Of a stretch of DNA of 64,000 nt, positions 60,246 through 64,000 are shown piece after piece (the first letter of the stretch is position 1; each line of letters opens with the position of its first letter). The notes under the pieces were generated by a model, which saw only the letters and a list, made by a program, of their open reading frames with translations, did not search any database and was not told the DNA's origin. The DNA comes from Guillardia theta CCMP2712 (taxonomy: Eukaryota > Protista > Cryptophyta), in assembly GCF_000315625.1 (NCBI RefSeq), contig NW_005434670.1:330237-394236 (forward strand). Reading direction: 5' to 3'. Made by a program: the position numbers and the translations under genes.

Positions 60246-63200
60246 ATGCGATGGAGGGTTGGATCGCTGGCAGCTGTCATGGTGGCGTCGAGCCTCGTAG
60301 GCGAAGCGACTTGGGAGAGAGAGTCGAGCAGACGAGCAGCCCCATCATGCGCGGTCTCCTTCAACTCGATCCTCTGCTCCAGGGTCTCACTTGGCTCCCT
60401 CAAGCTTCGAGGTGGCGGAGGCGGGGCACGAGAAGTCAAGACGAAGGCTACCAAGAAGAAGAAGCAAAAGGAAGAGGAACAGCCCGTCATGCAGACCAAG
60501 GCGAGTGCTGTGGATGGCTTATCCCGCGCACAGAAAAGAGCAGCCAAGGAGGCTGCGAAGGAGCAAAGACGAACCGGCTTGACACGAAACCAGAGGTATG
60601 TGAGCTACAACGCCCTTTGATACTATGATGGATCTCATTCTTTCTACAGAGAAGATAGTGAAAGCGATGGCAATGACCCGATCCGCAAGTTGCAAGAGCT
60701 CAAAGACAAGAGAAAGGTGAACAAACTGAAGGCACAAGCTTCTTTCGATGGCTTCCTGGAAGCAGAACCCCCTCAACCAGATGACAAGAGAAAGAAAGCA
60801 ACTCAGATTGACGATCAAGATGCAGGCAAGGCAAGAATGTCCCATCAACATATCAAATCGCAATCCTGCTCGGCTGGGAAGGAAGGAGACAATCGCGGTA
60901 AAACTGGTTTGCAAGGAGGGGATCGACAAGTAGGGCAGTTGTTGGAGGGTTGTCAGTTGGAGGAATGGAAATCTACTTTTGCCAAGGAGAAGATAACGTA
61001 TGAGACTCTGTTTGACCTCAACAACCAAGATCTCGTCGATCTCGGCCTGGCGTTGGGCGAGAGGAAGCGGCTCCTCAAGGCCATCAGCCAAGCAAAAAGC
61101 AGCTCGGCAACGCCAGAAACAGAGCAGGGCTTAATGGCAGCGTCACAGGAGGGGAAGGGATCTGAGATTAAAACAAATCCGAAAACCATGGGACAGAACC
61201 GTCAGATGCGAGGTGACGTGGATGAGGAACACAGTCAACCGCCTGATGTAGAGGACTGTCAAAATCTTCTCGCCGATGTGAGGCTGGGAGGAGAGAGAGA
61301 TGAAGGTAAGGGAGGGAAGGCTCTGCTCGCCGCTTACTATGAGCCTGACGTCGATGAAGAGATAAAAGGTAGGAAGCGGCAGGAGCGCAGGAAGAAACCA
61401 GAGGCGGAGAAAAACCTGAAGGCTGGTGAGCATTACAGCGCTTTGGAGTGCTGGGTATCCTTGTGACCCTCAAGTCAGAAGTTGCAGATGGAAGAGAAGA
61501 AAAAGTTGAGAGAAGACTTGCTGATGACCTGCTGGACTCCCTCGTAAGCTCGCGGTTGATACTCGCGCTTGTCATGTTTTCATGCTCCCAGGCAAAGAAG
61601 CAAACAGAAGTTGAAGAAGGTGAAGAAGAGGAGGAGGAGGAGGAAGAAGGCAAAGACTTATGTGAAGCAAGGTAAGGAGGAGGGAGAGAAGAAATTGAAG
61701 TGAAAACCTTTCAGTCCTGTGATCGGAGGAGCGATGCAACTTGAAAATTTCGCATTGACGCAGCGGGGATCGAGCGTAGAAGGAGGAACAGAGAGCATGA
61801 GCAAGGACATCAGTGTCTCTGGTTTTTCGATCAGCGTTGGAGGAAAAATTTTGCTGGAGGATGCAGAGCTTCTGATATCTGCGGGAAACCGATACGGTCT
61901 GGTGGGTCCCAACGGGCAAGGCAAGTCGACGCTCCTCATGCACATCGCCAAGAAAGCGATCGCGATCCCCCGGCACATCGACATCCTGATGGTGGAGCAG
62001 GAGATCTCAGCGAGCAGCAAGACTCCCCTACAGCTTGTGCTCGAGGCCGATGTCCAGCGGGATGTGCTGCTGCGAGAGCGAGACCAGCTGGAAAAGCAGC
62101 TGGCGAGGAGCTTCGACATGAAGAAGCAAGAGAGGCTGCAGGAGGTCTACTCCAACCTCAACGCCATGCGCGCTGACGCCGCTGAGAGCGCTGCGAGACG
62201 CATCCTGCTGGGATTGGGATTCCCCATGGCGTGGCACGAGAGACCATCGTCCTCCTTCTCTGGGGGTTGGAGGATGAGAATCTCCCTCGCCCGCGCCCTC
62301 TTCATCCGCCCAACTCTTCTCCTCCTCGACGAGCCGACGAATCACCTTGACCTCAATGCGGTGCTTTGGCTGGACGACTACTTGAGAGGATGGGAAAAGA
62401 CTCTCATCGTGGTCTCACATGACGTGGAGTTCCTCAACTCCGTCTGCACTCACACCATCCACCTGCACGAGCGCAAGCTCTACTACTACCGAGGAGGATA
62501 CGACTCTTTCCGCTCGCAATTCGAAGCCAAGCAGACGGAGAGAACGCGAGCGTGGGAGAAGCAGCAAAAGACTCTCCGAGCCCTCAAGGCGTCTGGCAAG
62601 AGCAGAGCGCAGGCCGCGGAGACTCTGGCTAAGAAGGGGGGGAAGGGAGCTGAGAAAAGCAAGAAGGGGGGCAAGGGAGGCAAGGAAGAGGAGCAGAAGC
62701 AACCTGTGATCCTCTCGAAGCCCAAGGAGTATGAAGTTCGATTCCACCTCCCCGAGCCTCCCGAGCTCTCCCCTCCCTATCTGCAGCTCTGCGACGTGAG
62801 CTTCTCCTACGAGCAAGGGCCTCACGTCCTCACCAACGTCAACCTCGGCCTCTGGCCCGACTCTCGCGTCGCAATCGTCGGGGCCAACGGCTGCGGAAAG
62901 TCGACGCTGCTTCGGCTCATGCTGGGTGAGCTGACCCCCAGTAAGGGGGAGGTGAGGCAGAACCCGAAGCTGCGAGTCGGGAGGTACAGCCAGCACTTCG
63001 TGGACGTGCTGCCGCTGGAGCAGACGGCAGTGGAGCATCTACAGGCGCTGGCAGCATCGCACGGGAACTCGATGCTAGAGGGAGTTCAAAAGTGCCGGCA
63101 GCAGCTGGGGCGATACGGGCTTGAGAGCAGAGCACACGTGATCGGGCTGAAGCATCTGTCCGGGGGTCAGAAGGCTCGAGTCGTGCTCGCCTCCCTCGCG

Positions 63201-63803
63201 GCGTCTGTGCCGCACGTGCTGCTATTGGACGAGCCGACAAACCACCTGGACATCGAGAGCATTGAGGCGCTGGGAGATGCGCTGCTGGACTTCAAGGTGA
63301 GACAGCTGAAGACAGACGGGGAGGCGAAGAGAGCGGAAGAGATAAGGATAGAGGAGGGCGGAGGGATTAGAGGAGGGCAGAGGGATCAGAGGAGGGCGGA
63401 GGGATCAGAGGAGGGCGGAGGGATCAGAGGAGGGCGGAGGGATCAGAGGAGGCTGCTAACGAGGTCTCAGGGGGCAGTAGTGCTCGTCAGTCATGATGCG
63501 CGGCTGATCCGTCGAGCCATCAGCAGCAGCAGCAAGGGAGAGATCTGGGTGGTGGGAGACGGGAAAGTGACGCCTTTCCTCGGGGACATGGACGACTACC
63601 AGCAGTTGGTGCTGACGCAGATGGAGAAGATGATGGAGGGATGCGATACCAGGTGAGCCGAAGAGACTGAGAGGTCACGTGACTTGCAGCGGCAGGGGCA
63701 TGAAGCTGCAGGCAGTCGAGGGAGCGACTACGACAGAAGCGCTTCCAAGCAAGAAGGGAAGGATGAGAGCAGTCTCCAATAGCAAAAGACAAGATGAAGA
63801 AGC

Positions 63804-63884
<81 letters not shown>

Positions 63885-63915
63885 AAAGGAGGGGGAGGGG
63901 GAGGGGGAGGGGTAG
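60246..63915 (+). CDS. ABCF-family (ABCF1/ABC50-like) soluble ABC ATPase with N-terminal leader and SAM domain
   Basis: Two NBDs (GPNGQGKST, FSGGWRMR, LLLDEPTNHLD; GANGCGKST, LSGGQKAR) and no TM domain. Upstream exons carry a hydrophobic leader with LRGG, a K/E-rich region and a SAM-like motif. Confidence 0.85.
63351..63452. repeat. ~19 bp minisatellite (GAGGAGGGCGGAGGGATCA) in the ABCF intron
   Basis: About 5 units between GT at 63296 and AG at ~63470. Confidence 0.85.
63804..63882. repeat. (GACGAG)n repeat, probably encoding a poly-DE tail
   Basis: About 13 units. Confidence 0.85.
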
Positions 63916-64000
63916 GAGGAAGACTGAAAGTTTTTGGCGGGCGAGGGATGGAAGGCCAGATAAGAAAAGGATATGGAGCATCAGGCGTGAGGAGGCGTCC

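Noticed and set aside
1-64000. Fanzor/TnpB, transposase or reverse transcriptase ORF
   Set aside because: No RuvC, DDE, HUH or YxDD motif set was recognised in any ORF. The CxxC protein at 28605 lacks RuvC motifs.

Overview
Gene-dense eukaryotic nuclear DNA with many short (about 45-55 nt) GT-AG introns. Bipartite leaders (signal peptide plus A-F, or an LRGG motif) point to an alga with a secondary red plastid, most likely a cryptophyte such as Guillardia theta (inference). Recognisable genes: sacsin-like protein (truncated by the window start), GAR1, a large ER-type protein ending in a TRAP-delta-like domain, XRCC1, folylpolyglutamate synthase, a plastid-targeted RRM protein, two adjacent SAM methyltransferase regions, a cyclophilin-like/PDZ protein, ARL2BP/BART (not resolved by the ORF track), a giant coiled-coil protein, a Hint-domain protein, arginase, and an ABCF ATPase with a leader and a SAM domain. 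Most unusual: (1) a 6.9 kb tandem array of a 1791 bp unit, in which a ~505-509 bp structured segment bounded by TA on both sides lies in opposite orientations in different copies; (2) a 236 bp hairpin-ended element caught inserted in one copy, with decayed relatives across the window; (3) an intact, intron-containing Crypton-type tyrosine recombinase gene that has lost its catalytic residues, a candidate domesticated DNA-binding protein. Exon boundaries were read by eye and are approximate. No database searches were run.
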